Origin: Natronohydrobacter sp.
GTDB taxonomy: Bacteria > Pseudomonadota > Alphaproteobacteria > Rhodobacterales > Rhodobacteraceae
Length of the DNA: 43,438 bases
Reading direction: 5' to 3'
Assembly: GCA_007123015.1 (NCBI GenBank)
Contig: SKSL01000205.1
Location: 1 to 43,438, forward strand
Below are positions 1 to 10,009 of the stretch, one piece after another (within the stretch, counting starts at the first letter, position 1; the number at the start of each line of letters is the position of its first letter). The notes under the pieces were generated by a model. That model was not told the DNA's origin. It did no database searches and saw only the letters and a list, made by a program, of their open reading frames with translations. The translations under genes were made by a program, and so were the position numbers.

Positions 1-679
1 TGAAGTGGCCGATATGCCGATCGGCACGCAGTCCAAGATTCTGCGCGTGCTGGTCGAACAGCAATTCATGCGGTTGGGCGGCACGGACAAGGTGCGGGTC
101 GATCTGCGGGTGATGAGTGCCACCACGCAGGATCTGACCGCGCGTGTCCGCGAGGGACGCTTTCGGCAGGAATTGTTCGACCGGCTCAGCGTGGTGCCGA
201 TTGCTGTCCCCGGGCTGGAAGAACGGCGCGAGGATATCCCGCTGCTTGCTGCGCATTTCATCGAGGATTTGCACCGAACACAGGGCCTTTTGCGGCGTGA
301 ATTGTCCGAGGCCGCGCGCGCGCATCTGCAGACGATGCGCTGGCCGGGCAATATCCGGCAATTGCGCAACATGCTGGAACGCGCGATGATCCTCGGTGAA
401 GCGGGTCAGCCCATCGAGATCCGGGATTTGCAGGCGGATGCCCCAGCGGACCCGGCTGTCGGTGAGAATCCTGTGGTGCTTTCGGGCACATTGACGACCT
501 TACCGCTGCGCGAGGCGCGGGAGCTGTTCGAGCGCGAATATCTGCTGGCCCAGATCAAGCGCTTTGGCGGCAATATTTCGCGCACGGCGACATTTGTGGG
601 CATGGAGCGCTCGGCGTTGCATCGCAAGCTGAAATCTCTGGGGGTGAATACGGCACGACTGTCAGAGCTGAAAGCATGA
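1..679 (+). CDS. ntrX: NtrX-type response regulator, C-terminal part (AAA+ end and Fis-type HTH); 5' end lies outside the window
   Basis: Frame from nt 2 reads EVADMP...QSKILRVL...GRFRQELFDRL...WPGNIRQLRN and ends with HTH NISRTATFVGMERSALHRKLKSLG, typical of NtrX; ntrX-trkA-trkH-hfq-hflX synteny. Confidence 0.88.
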   Translation, partial: EVADMPIGTQSKILRVLVEQQFMRLGGTDKVRVDLRVMSATTQDLTARVREGRFRQELFDRLSVVPIAVPGLEERREDIPLLAAHFIEDLHRTQGLLRRELSEAARAHLQTMRWPGNIRQLRNMLERAMILGEAGQPIEIRDLQADAPADPAVGENPVVLSGTLTTLPLREARELFEREYLLAQIKRFGGNISRTATFVGMERSALHRKLKSLGVNTARLSELKA

Positions 680-749
680 GTCCGGTGCAGCGCTTGATCT
701 CGCAGATCAGGGCTGGCACAGGCGCAGGCAGATCGGGGAGCAGGACGCG

Positions 750-2126
750 ATGAAAGTGATTGTCTGCGGGGCAGGGCAGGTCGGTTGGCAGATTGCGCGG
801 CATCTGTCGAGCGAGCGCAATGATGTGACTGTGGTGGACAGCCAGCCTGCGCTGGTGCGCCGGGCCACGGATTCGCTCGATGTGCAGGGCGTGGTGGGCT
901 ATGCCAGCCACCCAACCATTCTGCAGCAGGCGGGCGCGCAAGATGCCGATATGGTCATTGCTGCGACCTATTCGGATGAAGTGAACATGGTCACCTGTCA
1001 GGTGGCGCATTCGGTCTTCAGCGTGACGCGCAAGATCGCGCGTCTGCGCGAGCAATCCTATCTGGACCCGCGCTATTCCGATCTGTTCCGGCGCGAGCAT
1101 ATGCCCATTGATGTGATCATCAGCCCGGAGCGCGAAGTCAGCCAGGCCGCCCTGAAGCGCGTGGCTTATCCCGAAGCCTTTGATGTGCATGAATTTCTGC
1201 AGGGCAAGGCGCTCTTGATCGGGCTGACACTCGACAGCAATTGCGCCGTGCTGAACACGTCGCTGCGGCAATTGTCCGATCTGTTCCCAACCTTGCGGAT
1301 CATGGTGGCCGGGGTCCGGCGCGGCAAACGCCTGTTCGCCCCCGAGGCCGAGGACCAGCTTTACGAGGGCGACAGCATCTATGTGCTGGTCGATGCCCGC
1401 GACGTGGCCCGCGCTTTCGAGGTCTTCGGCAAGACCCCGTCGCGGCAAGAGCGCGTGCTGATCGTGGGCGGCGGCAATGTCGGGCTGTCGGTGGCGCGGA
1501 TCCTCGAAAACCAGCCCGAGCGGGTGCGGGTGAAGGTGATCGAGCGCGACCGCGGTCGGGCAGAGCAGGCGGCAGATGCGCTTGAGCGTTCTATCGTTCT
1601 TCATGGGGACGGGATGGATGCAACATTGCTCGAGGAAGCGGGCATCAAGAAAACCGATGCGGTGCTGCTTCTGACGGATGATGACCGCACCAATCTGCTG
1701 GCGGCTGTGCGGGCCAAGACAGCGGGCGCGACACTGGCCATTTCCTTGATCAACGACGCGGGCATGGTCTCGCTTGCAGGGGCCATGGGAATTGATGCGC
1801 ATATCAATCCGCGCGCGCTGACCGTCTCGTCAATCCTGCGCCATGTGCGACATGGGCGGGTGCGTTCGGTCTATCTGCTGGGCGACCGAGAAGCGGAAGT
1901 GATCGAAGCGCAGGTGCTGAGCACTTCGAAGCTCTCGAATCTGCGCGTGCGCGATATCGATTTCCCCGAAGGCGCGCTTCTGGTTGGCATTTCCCGCAAG
2001 GGCGAATTCATCCGCCCCACAGGTGATGTGATGCTGCGCGAGGGTGATCTTGTTGTAATCTTCGCACTGACCGAAGACGTGCCGCGCGTCGATGAGTTGC
2101 TGCAAGTGGCGGTCGAGTTTTTCTGA
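750..2126 (+). CDS. trkA: Trk system potassium uptake NAD-binding subunit
   Basis: 458 aa, two RCK units with GAGQVG and GGGNVG nucleotide-binding motifs; SD-like AGGA upstream. Confidence 0.95.
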   Translation: MKVIVCGAGQVGWQIARHLSSERNDVTVVDSQPALVRRATDSLDVQGVVGYASHPTILQQAGAQDADMVIAATYSDEVNMVTCQVAHSVFSVTRKIARLREQSYLDPRYSDLFRREHMPIDVIISPEREVSQAALKRVAYPEAFDVHEFLQGKALLIGLTLDSNCAVLNTSLRQLSDLFPTLRIMVAGVRRGKRLFAPEAEDQLYEGDSIYVLVDARDVARAFEVFGKTPSRQERVLIVGGGNVGLSVARILENQPERVRVKVIERDRGRAEQAADALERSIVLHGDGMDATLLEEAGIKKTDAVLLLTDDDRTNLLAAVRAKTAGATLAISLINDAGMVSLAGAMGIDAHINPRALTVSSILRHVRHGRVRSVYLLGDREAEVIEAQVLSTSKLSNLRVRDIDFPEGALLVGISRKGEFIRPTGDVMLREGDLVVIFALTEDVPRVDELLQVAVEFF

Positions 2127-2145
2127 CCGGCCTCAAGGAGGAAGC

Positions 2146-3657
2146 ATGGAGCGCCGATCCCAGGGCACGGTGATTCTTGCGGCGATGATCGCCGCAACGG
2201 CGTTGGCGATGCTGGCCCCGGCTGCGGTGGGATTCACATTGCGTGAACATGCGATTGCGCGGGCCTTCGTCTATTCCGGCGCGCTCTTGGGTGGTATTGC
2301 GATGCTTGTGCATCTGGCCAATCGCGCAGAGCCTGTGAGCAAGCCGCGCTTTTCCCATCCCTTCGTCTATCTGAGCGCGGCCTATCTGATCCTGCCTGCA
2401 TTGATGGCGATCCCGCTGACGGAAGCTGTGCCCGGGATGCGGTTCTTTGACGCTTGGTTCGAGATGATCTCGGCCTTCACCACGACCGGGGCCAGCCTGA
2501 TTGATCCAGAGGCGTCGCGCAGCATCCATCTTTGGCGCGCGACTGTGGCCTGGGGGGGCGGGTTGTTCCTGATGGTCGCTGTCATGGCGCTGCTCGCCCC
2601 GCTGCGGCTGGGCGGGTTTGAATTATACGGCTCGGATGCGGGACAGCCGCGCGCAGCCGAGAGTTGGCAAGCCTCGCGGTTGCGCAGGGCTCAGATTGAC
2701 GAGGCCTATCACGACAAGAGCCTGCACCGCATGGCGCAGCAGATCAAACTGATCGCGCCGGTCTATCTGAGCGTGACGCTTGCGCTTTGGGTGGGTCTGT
2801 CGATGGCAGGAAATCCGCCTGTGCTGGCGCTGATCCTTGCGATGTCCACAGTCTCGACCTCGGGTATTGCGCCGGGCGGCAGCCTGGGCGGGTTGGCAGC
2901 CGAGATGCTGATTGCGGCCGGGCTGATTCTGGCTCTGAGCCGCCAGTTCTGGCCGGGCGCGCAGGTGATCCGGCAGGGCAAGCGGCGCATGTTGCATGAT
3001 CCCGAACCGTTGCTGGCCAGCCTGCTGGTGCTGGTGCTGCTGGGCGTGCTGGGGCTGCGCGCCATGGCCGCGCCGCTTGATCCCGGCTATGGCGCGCGGC
3101 TGGCGGAATTATGGGGTATCGTCTTCACAAGCCTGTCCTTTCTGACAACAGCGGGTTTTGTCAGTGAAGTCGGGCGCTCGGCCGAAGGGGTCTATTTCGG
3201 GGCGGCCGGTGTCGTTCTTCTGGCGCTTGCACTGTGTGGCGGCGGGGTCGCGACCACGGCCGGGGGGCTGAAGCTGATGCGGGTCTTCGCCCTGATGTGG
3301 CAAGCGCGGCGCGAGATGGACAAGCTGGTCTATCCGGACTCGGTGGGTGGCGATGGCATCCGGCTGCGCGGGCTGCGGCGTGAGGGCGCGCATGCGGCCT
3401 GGTTGTTCGTGATGATCTTCATCTTCTCGCTGACCGCATTGACGGCGGCCCTGACCTTGACCGGGGTGACCATGGAAGATGCGATGATCTACGCCACAGC
3501 CGCGCTGACCACCACGGGCCCGGTCGCGCAGATGACCGGTCCAGACCCGTTGAGCTGGGCCGCCTTGGGGGACACGGCCAAGGCAATTCTGGCACTGGGG
3601 ATGATCCTGGGGCGGCTTGAGCTGCTATTGCTGCTCTCACTCTTCTGGCGACGCTAA
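2146..3657 (+). CDS. trkH: TrkH family potassium uptake membrane protein
   Basis: ATG 2146 after AAGGAGG; hydrophobic; pore-loop motifs SAFTTTG, STVSTSG, SFLTTAG, ALTTTG; TTAGGLK and MILGRLE motifs. Confidence 0.9.
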   Translation: MERRSQGTVILAAMIAATALAMLAPAAVGFTLREHAIARAFVYSGALLGGIAMLVHLANRAEPVSKPRFSHPFVYLSAAYLILPALMAIPLTEAVPGMRFFDAWFEMISAFTTTGASLIDPEASRSIHLWRATVAWGGGLFLMVAVMALLAPLRLGGFELYGSDAGQPRAAESWQASRLRRAQIDEAYHDKSLHRMAQQIKLIAPVYLSVTLALWVGLSMAGNPPVLALILAMSTVSTSGIAPGGSLGGLAAEMLIAAGLILALSRQFWPGAQVIRQGKRRMLHDPEPLLASLLVLVLLGVLGLRAMAAPLDPGYGARLAELWGIVFTSLSFLTTAGFVSEVGRSAEGVYFGAAGVVLLALALCGGGVATTAGGLKLMRVFALMWQARREMDKLVYPDSVGGDGIRLRGLRREGAHAAWLFVMIFIFSLTALTAALTLTGVTMEDAMIYATAALTTTGPVAQMTGPDPLSWAALGDTAKAILALGMILGRLELLLLLSLFWRR

Positions 3658-3698
3658 CGTCGTTCGCGATCAAGTTGACGCGGATGACGCGAGGGCGA

Positions 3699-3765
3699 GG
3701 CCGAAGGCCGCCGCGCATCGTCATGCCGAAGGCATTCCTGCGGCATGACGCCGCCCCCTTCGGCC
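3699..3765. repeat. Nested palindromic intergenic element between trkH and hfq
   Basis: GGCCGAAGG (3699-3707) pairs with CCTTCGGCC (3757-3765); inner CGTCATGCCG (3719-3728) pairs with CGGCATGACG (3741-3750). Confidence 0.6.
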
Positions 3766-3913
3766 CAGCGCAGTGTGAGTCATAAAATTGCGCGACGCTG
3801 GCTTTTTCTGTGTTTTCAGGCTGGAAGTTTCAAGATTATCGTTTCATATTGCACGGATAGGGAGAGAAGGCTTCCTGCGTAGACCAAACACGCCCCTCAA
3901 AAAAGGCAAACGC

Positions 3914-4147
3914 ATGGCCAATGATAAGCAAAATCTGCAAGACGCATTTCTGAATCATGTTCGCAAGAACAAGGTTCCTGTCACTGTTTTCTTGATCAAC
4001 GGGGTCAAGTTGCAAGGCGTGATCACGTGGTTTGACAATTTCTGCGTGCTCTTGCGCCGCGATGGCCAGAGCCAGCTGGTCTACAAGCATGCGATCTCGA
4101 CGATCATGCCGGGTCAGCCAATCTCGCTCTACGAGGCCGACACCTGA
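3914..4147 (+). CDS. hfq: RNA chaperone Hfq
   Basis: [14 protein letters not shown]...[11 protein letters not shown]...FDNF...[11 protein letters not shown] (Sm1/Sm2 motifs). Confidence 0.98.
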   Translation: MANDKQNLQDAFLNHVRKNKVPVTVFLINGVKLQGVITWFDNFCVLLRRDGQSQLVYKHAISTIMPGQPISLYEADT

Positions 4148-5481
4148 GCGGGCGTGATGTAGCAAGCAGCGGGCATGAAACGGCTGCGGGGCTGACCCGC
4201 GCGCTGGTCATTCATCCCGATATCAAGGCGCAACCGCAGGGGCGCGCGCCGGACCTGGCGCTCGCCGAAGCTGTATCGCTTGCCCATGCGCTACCTGGGC
4301 TTGACGTGGTGGATGGTATGGTCGTGCGCCTGCCAAAAGCGCAACCGGGGATGCTGTTCGGCTCTGGCAAGGTGGCTGAACTGGGCGAGGTGATCAGGCA
4401 AGCCGGGATTGAGCTGGTCCTGATCGACGGCCCGGTAACGCCCGTGCAGCAGCGTAATCTGGAACGCGACTGGAAAGTGAAGCTTCTGGACCGGACCGGT
4501 CTGATCCTTGAGATTTTTGCCGACCGAGCGCGCACGCGCGAAGGGGTTTTGCAAGTCGAACTGGCCGCGCTCAGCTACCAGCGCACGCGGCTGGTGCGGG
4601 CTTGGACTCATCTGGAACGCCAGCGCGGGGGCTTGGGCTTCGTAGGTGGCCCGGGTGAGACGCAGATCGAGGCCGACCGCCGCGCCATCGACACGCAGAT
4701 GGTGCGTTTGCGCCGCCAGCTTTCGAAAGTGGTCAAGACGCGCGAATTGCACCGTGCGGCGCGGCGAAAGGTGCCGTTTCCGGTCGTGGCTTTGGTGGGT
4801 TACACGAATGCGGGCAAATCGACGCTGTTCAACCGGCTGACAGGGGCCGAGGTGCTGGCCAAGGACATGCTTTTCGCCACGCTTGACCCGACGATGCGCG
4901 CGGTCACGCTGCCCACAGGCAAGCAGGTGATCCTGTCGGATACGGTGGGCTTTATCTCGGATCTGCCGACACAGCTTGTCGCGGCGTTCCGTGCAACGCT
5001 GGAAGAAGTGCTTGAGGCCGATCTGATCGTGCATGTGCGCGATATTGCCCATGCGGAAACTGAGGAACAGGCGCGCGATGTGGCTGCGATCCTGAGCGAT
5101 CTGGGCGTGGACGAGACCCGCCCGCAGATCGAGCTTTGGAACAAGGCCGATCTGCTGGATGCAGCACCGCATGCGGGCTTGTCGGCGCGTGCAGAAGAGA
5201 GCGACACGATTTTTCTGGGCTCTGCGGTCAGCGGGCAGGGGCTTGAGGCATTGTTTGACGCGATCACATTGCGGCTGGATGATCTGCGTCATGAAGATGA
5301 CATCGTGCTGGCCCATGACGAAGGCCGCGCGCGGGCCTGGCTGTATGAACAGGGCGTTGTGGTCGCTGAAGATTCTGATACGCAGGAAACACGACTGCGC
5401 GTGCGCTGGTCGGACCGGCAGAAGCGCCTGTTTCGGGACCTCGCGCAAGGAGAGTCGCGCGGCGATGGCGAAGAGAACTGA
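4144..5481 (+). CDS. hflX: Ribosome-splitting GTPase HflX (probable CTG start overlapping the hfq stop)
   Basis: G1 GYTNAGKS, G2 FATLDPT, G3 DTVG, G4 NKAD; frame stays open upstream of GTG 4306 through [10 protein letters not shown]...ALAEAVSLA to CTG 4144; start position uncertain. Confidence 0.93.
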   Translation: MSGRDVASSGHETAAGLTRALVIHPDIKAQPQGRAPDLALAEAVSLAHALPGLDVVDGMVVRLPKAQPGMLFGSGKVAELGEVIRQAGIELVLIDGPVTPVQQRNLERDWKVKLLDRTGLILEIFADRARTREGVLQVELAALSYQRTRLVRAWTHLERQRGGLGFVGGPGETQIEADRRAIDTQMVRLRRQLSKVVKTRELHRAARRKVPFPVVALVGYTNAGKSTLFNRLTGAEVLAKDMLFATLDPTMRAVTLPTGKQVILSDTVGFISDLPTQLVAAFRATLEEVLEADLIVHVRDIAHAETEEQARDVAAILSDLGVDETRPQIELWNKADLLDAAPHAGLSARAEESDTIFLGSAVSGQGLEALFDAITLRLDDLRHEDDIVLAHDEGRARAWLYEQGVVVAEDSDTQETRLRVRWSDRQKRLFRDLAQGESRGDGEEN

Positions 5482-5637
5482 CGCTCTGCGCTTGCCGCCG
5501 GCCAGATCAGGTATAGACGACAAATTTCAACGCAATATCTACGGTTGTGTTACATTGGGACATAATCTGTGAATTGCATATATCGGGCCAATAGCCTTAA
5601 TCGGGGTCAACGATGACAACGCGATATGCTTTGAGAC

Positions 5638-6558
5638 ATGCAAACTACGCTTCTGACACACTGTTCCATCTCCGGGATCGGACTTCATAGCGGCAAGCCT
5701 GTGCGCTTGCGGCTGAAACCGGCTGCGGCGGGTACGGGGATCGTGTTTCGCCGTGTAGATGTCGAAGCGGGTGCGCGCGACATTCCGGTGCGCCCTGACC
5801 TATGGGTCGAAGCCAGTCTTTGCACTGTCTTGCAGAACGAGCATGGCGCGCGTGTCACCACGATCGAGCATCTCATGGCGGCGTTGCATGGCTGCGGAGT
5901 TCACAATGTGATCGTCGAGATCGACGCCGAAGAAGTGCCGATCCTTGATGGCAGTGCAGCCCCGTTTGTGCGCAAGATCATGGCCGCAGGGATTGCCACA
6001 CTTGCGGTGCCGCTGACTGTGCTGCGTATGCGCAAGACGATCGAGGTCGAAAAAGATGGTGCGCGCGCGCAGCTCGGCCCGGCACCGCGCCTTGAACTGG
6101 CCTTCGAGATCGATTTCGCCGACCCGGCCATCGGCCACCAGCGCCAGCAGTTTGATATGTCCAATGGGGCTTTCCTGCGCGAAGTGAGCGATTGCCGGAC
6201 ATTCTGCATGCGCCGCGATGTCGAGCGGATGCAGGCAATGGGGCTGGCGCTTGGCGGCACGCTCGACAATGCTGTCGTGTTTCATGACGGCAAGGTGCTA
6301 AGCCCGGGTGGGTTGCGCCGCGCGGATGAACCTGTCCGCCACAAGCTTCTGGACGCGATGGGGGACCTTTACGTCGCAGGTCTGCCGATTCTGGGGCGGT
6401 ATGAAGGGTATCGTGCAGGGCATGCCCTGACAGGACGTCTGTTGCAGGCGGTTTTCGCGGATCCGACCGCCTATGAGCGGGTCACAGTGACGGCCACGCA
6501 ACGCAATCACCTTCCGGGAACCGGGATTTCCATGGCGGACTTGCCGCTTTCTGCTTGA
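5638..6558 (+). CDS. lpxC: UDP-3-O-acyl-N-acetylglucosamine deacetylase
   Basis: MQTTL...GIGLHSG, TIEHLMAAL, EVPILDGSA, RHKLLDAMGDL, AGH motifs. Confidence 0.96.
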   Translation: MQTTLLTHCSISGIGLHSGKPVRLRLKPAAAGTGIVFRRVDVEAGARDIPVRPDLWVEASLCTVLQNEHGARVTTIEHLMAALHGCGVHNVIVEIDAEEVPILDGSAAPFVRKIMAAGIATLAVPLTVLRMRKTIEVEKDGARAQLGPAPRLELAFEIDFADPAIGHQRQQFDMSNGAFLREVSDCRTFCMRRDVERMQAMGLALGGTLDNAVVFHDGKVLSPGGLRRADEPVRHKLLDAMGDLYVAGLPILGRYEGYRAGHALTGRLLQAVFADPTAYERVTVTATQRNHLPGTGISMADLPLSA

Positions 6559-6675
6559 TCGGTTCGACAGGTCACGTCAACCAGCGCTGAACTGGGTCAG
6601 GAAAAGGCGTTTTGCCCCCGGATTTTTTCTGTGCTAACAGATCGAAAAGCAAAGAGCGGTATGGGGTGGCAGGAC

Positions 6676-7518
6676 ATGAGTGCGAAGGCTGGGATCCGGC
6701 GTCTGGGCCTTGTTGTCTGTGTGCTGGCTGGGATGGCAGCCTGCAATCGCAACACAGGCCCTGATGAATCGCTCGCCGGGTTCAGCCCGGAGGAAATTTT
6801 CCAGCGCGGCGAATTTGAGCTGGAAACCTCGCGGCGCAACACTGCAGCTCTGCGCTATTTTCAGGAAATCGAGCGGCTTCATCCCTACACGGAATGGGCA
6901 CGGCGGGCCTTGATCATGCAAGCCTATGCACATCACCGGGCGCGGGACTATGAAGAAAGCCGCGCCGCGGCGCAGCGGTTCCTCGAAACCTATCCTAATG
7001 ACGAAGATGCCCCTTACGCCGCCTATCTGCTGGCGCTGTCCTTCTATGATCAGGTCGATGAGGTCGGACGCGATCAGGGTGTGACATTTCAGGCCCTTCA
7101 GCATCTGCGCCGCCTGATCGAGCAATATCCCGACAGCGACTATACACGCTCGGCAATCCTGAAATTCGAACTGGCCTTCGACCATCTGGCGGCGAAGGAA
7201 ATGGAGATCGGGCGCTTCTATCTGGCGCGCCGCAACTATCAGGCCGCGATCAACCGGTTTCGTGTGGTGGTCGAGGATTTCCAGACCTCGACCCACACAC
7301 CCGAAGCGCTGCACCGGCTGGTGGAAGCCTATCTTGGTCTGGGGCTGCGTGATGAAGCGCAGACCGCCGGCGCAATTCTGGGCTATAATTTCGAGGCCAA
7401 TCCTTTCTATCAGGACAGCTTCCGTTTGCTGACCCGTCAAGGTCTGGCACCGGATGCCCAAGGGGAAGGCTGGCTGCAGACGATTTACCGCCAGGCCGTG
7501 CGCGGGGATTGGATCTGA
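6676..7518 (+). CDS. bamD: Outer membrane protein assembly lipoprotein BamD (ComL)
   Basis: Lipobox MAAC; TPR-like helices; LAAKEMEIGRFY, AAINRF, EALHRLVEAY; lpxC-bamD-recN synteny. Confidence 0.93.
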   Translation: MSAKAGIRRLGLVVCVLAGMAACNRNTGPDESLAGFSPEEIFQRGEFELETSRRNTAALRYFQEIERLHPYTEWARRALIMQAYAHHRARDYEESRAAAQRFLETYPNDEDAPYAAYLLALSFYDQVDEVGRDQGVTFQALQHLRRLIEQYPDSDYTRSAILKFELAFDHLAAKEMEIGRFYLARRNYQAAINRFRVVVEDFQTSTHTPEALHRLVEAYLGLGLRDEAQTAGAILGYNFEANPFYQDSFRLLTRQGLAPDAQGEGWLQTIYRQAVRGDWI

Positions 7519-7545
7519 CCCGGACCACAGGCGCAGGAAAGCGCA

Positions 7546-9207
7546 ATGCTGCTGTCACTTGATATTCGCGATGTGCTGATCATCGACCGGCTGGAGCTGC
7601 GCTTTCAGCCGGGGCTGAATGTGCTGACGGGCGAAACGGGTGCGGGTAAATCCATCCTGCTCGATTCGCTGGGCTTCGTGCTGGGCTGGCGCGGACGCGC
7701 TGATCTGGTCCGGCAAGGCGCGGATCAGGGCGAAGTGGTTGCCGAATTCGCGCTCACACCCGCCCATCCGGCGCAGACTGTGCTGCAAGAGGCTGGCTTT
7801 GCCCGGACCGAAACGCTCTTGTTGCGGCGCGTGAACAGTCGCGACGGGCGCAAATCGGCTTGGGTGAATGACCGTCGCGCCTCGGGCGAGGTGTTGCGGG
7901 CGCTTTCGGAAACGCTGGTCGAATTGCATGGCCAGCAGGATGACCGTGGCTTGTTGAACCCGCGCGGTCATCGCGATCTGCTCGACGCCTATGGGGTAGA
8001 GCCTGCGCTTCTGGACGCGGTGCGCAGCGCATGGCGCGCCTGGCGGGTGGCGCGCAAGGCCCATGCAGAAGAAATTACCAGGCTAGACGCTGCACGCGCC
8101 GAAGAGGATTTCCTGCGCCATGCTGTGGGCGAATTGGACAAGCTCGATCCGCAACCGGGCGAAGAAGAGACGCTGGATGCGCGACGGCGTCGGATGCAGG
8201 CCGCCGAGCGCTTGCGCGGCGATGTCGCACGCGCCCATGCTGCGCTCTCGGACGAGGGTGCCGAGCGGCTGCTGATCGACGCCACGCGCTGGCTGGAGGC
8301 TGCCGCCGAAGGTTTTGAAGGCGCGCTGGATGCGCCGATCGAAGCCTTGGCGCGCGCGCTTGATGCTCTGGGCGAAGCGCAGCAAGGCGTCGAGGCGGCC
8401 GCCGACTCGCTTGCAATCGCGCCGGGCGAATTGGAAGAGGTCGAAGACCGGCTTTTTGCGCTGCGCGGACTTGCGCGCAAACATGGCTGTCTGCCCGATG
8501 ATCTGGCAGGGCTGGCGCAGGATCTGCGCGCGCGGCTGGAGCGGCTTGATAATGGCGCGCGGGCGCTGACGGATCTGGCGCGCGCCGAAGCTGAGGCGCA
8601 GGCAGGCTATGACACAGCGGCGGCGGAATTGCGTGCAGCCCGGCAGTTGGCCGGGCAGCGGCTTGATTCCGAGATGGCGCAGGAACTTGCGCCGCTGAAA
8701 ATGGAACGCGCGGCCTTTTCCAGTGTGATCACCCCGTCAGATCCGGGGCCAGAGGGCCACGAGATGGTCAGCTTCGAAGTGGCGACCAATCCCGGCGCGC
8801 CGTCCGGCCCGCTGTCGCGAATCGCCTCGGGCGGGGAATTGTCGCGCTTCCTGCTGGCGCTCAAAGTCTGTCTGGCGCGCAATTCGGCGGGGATCACCAT
8901 GATCTTCGACGAGATTGATCGCGGTGTGGGCGGGGCGACAGCAGATGCAGTGGGGCGCAGACTGCACCGTCTGGCGGAAGGTGCCCAATTGCTGGTCGTC
9001 ACCCATTCCCCGCAAGTGGCCGCACTTGGGCAGCACCATTGGCGTGTCGAGAAGCAGATAGTGGGGGACGCGACCTTGTCGCGCGTTGTGCCGCTTTCTG
9101 CCGATCAGCGCGTTGAAGAGATTGCGCGCATGATCTCTGGTGATACGATCACAGCAGCGGCACGCGCTGCGGCGCGCGATCTGCTGGCCGCGCGGGCTGT
9201 TGTGTGA
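7546..9207 (+). CDS. recN: DNA repair protein RecN
   Basis: Walker A TGETGAGKS, coiled coil, signature ASGGELSR, Walker B IFDEID, VTHSPQVAA. Confidence 0.97.
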   Translation: MLLSLDIRDVLIIDRLELRFQPGLNVLTGETGAGKSILLDSLGFVLGWRGRADLVRQGADQGEVVAEFALTPAHPAQTVLQEAGFARTETLLLRRVNSRDGRKSAWVNDRRASGEVLRALSETLVELHGQQDDRGLLNPRGHRDLLDAYGVEPALLDAVRSAWRAWRVARKAHAEEITRLDAARAEEDFLRHAVGELDKLDPQPGEEETLDARRRRMQAAERLRGDVARAHAALSDEGAERLLIDATRWLEAAAEGFEGALDAPIEALARALDALGEAQQGVEAAADSLAIAPGELEEVEDRLFALRGLARKHGCLPDDLAGLAQDLRARLERLDNGARALTDLARAEAEAQAGYDTAAAELRAARQLAGQRLDSEMAQELAPLKMERAAFSSVITPSDPGPEGHEMVSFEVATNPGAPSGPLSRIASGGELSRFLLALKVCLARNSAGITMIFDEIDRGVGGATADAVGRRLHRLAEGAQLLVVTHSPQVAALGQHHWRVEKQIVGDATLSRVVPLSADQRVEEIARMISGDTITAAARAAARDLLAARAVV

Positions 9208-9274
9208 TCTGTGCCGGGGCAGAAATTTGAGGGATGCGTCAGCCTGTCTGGCCGCAGATGAGGGAGAAAGCGCT

Positions 9275-9664
9275 ATGACATTTGGTCTTGGAACCACCTT
9301 CTCGGGACGGGCCACGCTGGCTCTGGGCGTCGTTCTTGGCCTTGCCGGATGTACCATGGCCCCGTTGGGTCCGGGCGCGCGCACTGCCGCACCTGTCACA
9401 CCAGCGCCAGTCACCCCGGTCGCGCCGCTGCCGCAGGACATGCCGGCCGCGGCCACTGGATCTGGTGCAGAGCAGGCCTGTATTGCCGCCGGGCGCGAGC
9501 GCGGGCTGAATGTGCTGGATGTGGTCGGCTCGCGCGCAGTGACGGCCAGCGATGGGGCATCTGCCCGCGATGTCATGTTGCGGGTCGAACGGTCAGGCGC
9601 GCAACTGGAAGTGCGCTGCAACTATGTCGAAGAGACGCGCATGGCGCGGATCATGCTGATCTGA
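9275..9664 (+). CDS. Hypothetical lipoprotein
   Basis: ATG after GGGAGA; lipobox LAGC; Pro/Ala linker; small domain with two Cys (AEQACIAAG...VRCNY). Confidence 0.7.
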   Translation: MTFGLGTTFSGRATLALGVVLGLAGCTMAPLGPGARTAAPVTPAPVTPVAPLPQDMPAAATGSGAEQACIAAGRERGLNVLDVVGSRAVTASDGASARDVMLRVERSGAQLEVRCNYVEETRMARIMLI

Positions 9665-9671
9665 CCCGCGC

Positions 9672-9881
9672 TCAGCGCCGACGATCTTTCGCGCCCTGCG
9701 CCAGCTTGCGCGCGCTTGCGGCGGCGGCACGCAATTCCTCGGCGATTTCTTCGGCTTCATCGGGGTCGAAATCGAGCGGCAGGTCCAGCCCGTCGCCCGC
9801 AAGATAGATCCGGACCATGCCCAGCGTGGTCGGCCCGATCTGAAGATTGGCGCTGATATCGCTTTCCGAATTGATCCCCAT
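9672..9881 (-). CDS. Small acidic conserved hypothetical protein (DUF6324-like)
   Basis: MGINSESDISANLQIGPTTLGMVRIY...LDFDPDEAEEIAEELRAAA; AGGAGG SD upstream on minus strand; family name from memory. Confidence 0.7.
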   Translation of the reverse strand: MGINSESDISANLQIGPTTLGMVRIYLAGDGLDLPLDFDPDEAEEIAEELRAAAASARKLAQGAKDRRR

Positions 9882-9969
9882 GCGAGGCCTCCTGACCTGT
9901 GCTGTGACGCTATTGCTCTGCCACTGTCGCGTTACGGTGTTGCAGGGCGACAATCAAGTGCACGGGCAC

Positions 9970-9998
9970 TTGCATTCATCTGCGCGCAGCGTTACATC
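9970..9998 (+). promoter_or_regulatory. Putative sigma70 promoter of tRNA-His
   Basis: TTGCAT-17 nt-TACATC ending 11 nt before the tRNA. Confidence 0.45.
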
Positions 9999-10009
9999 GC
10001 GCGTCAAGT

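Noticed and set aside
688-715. Hairpin between ntrX and trkA as a terminator
   Set aside because: Imperfect stem, no U tract, inside an apparent operon
5597-5611. TTAA-N6-TCAAC before lpxC as a CtrA site
   Set aside because: Spacing and second half-site deviate from TTAA-N7-TTAA
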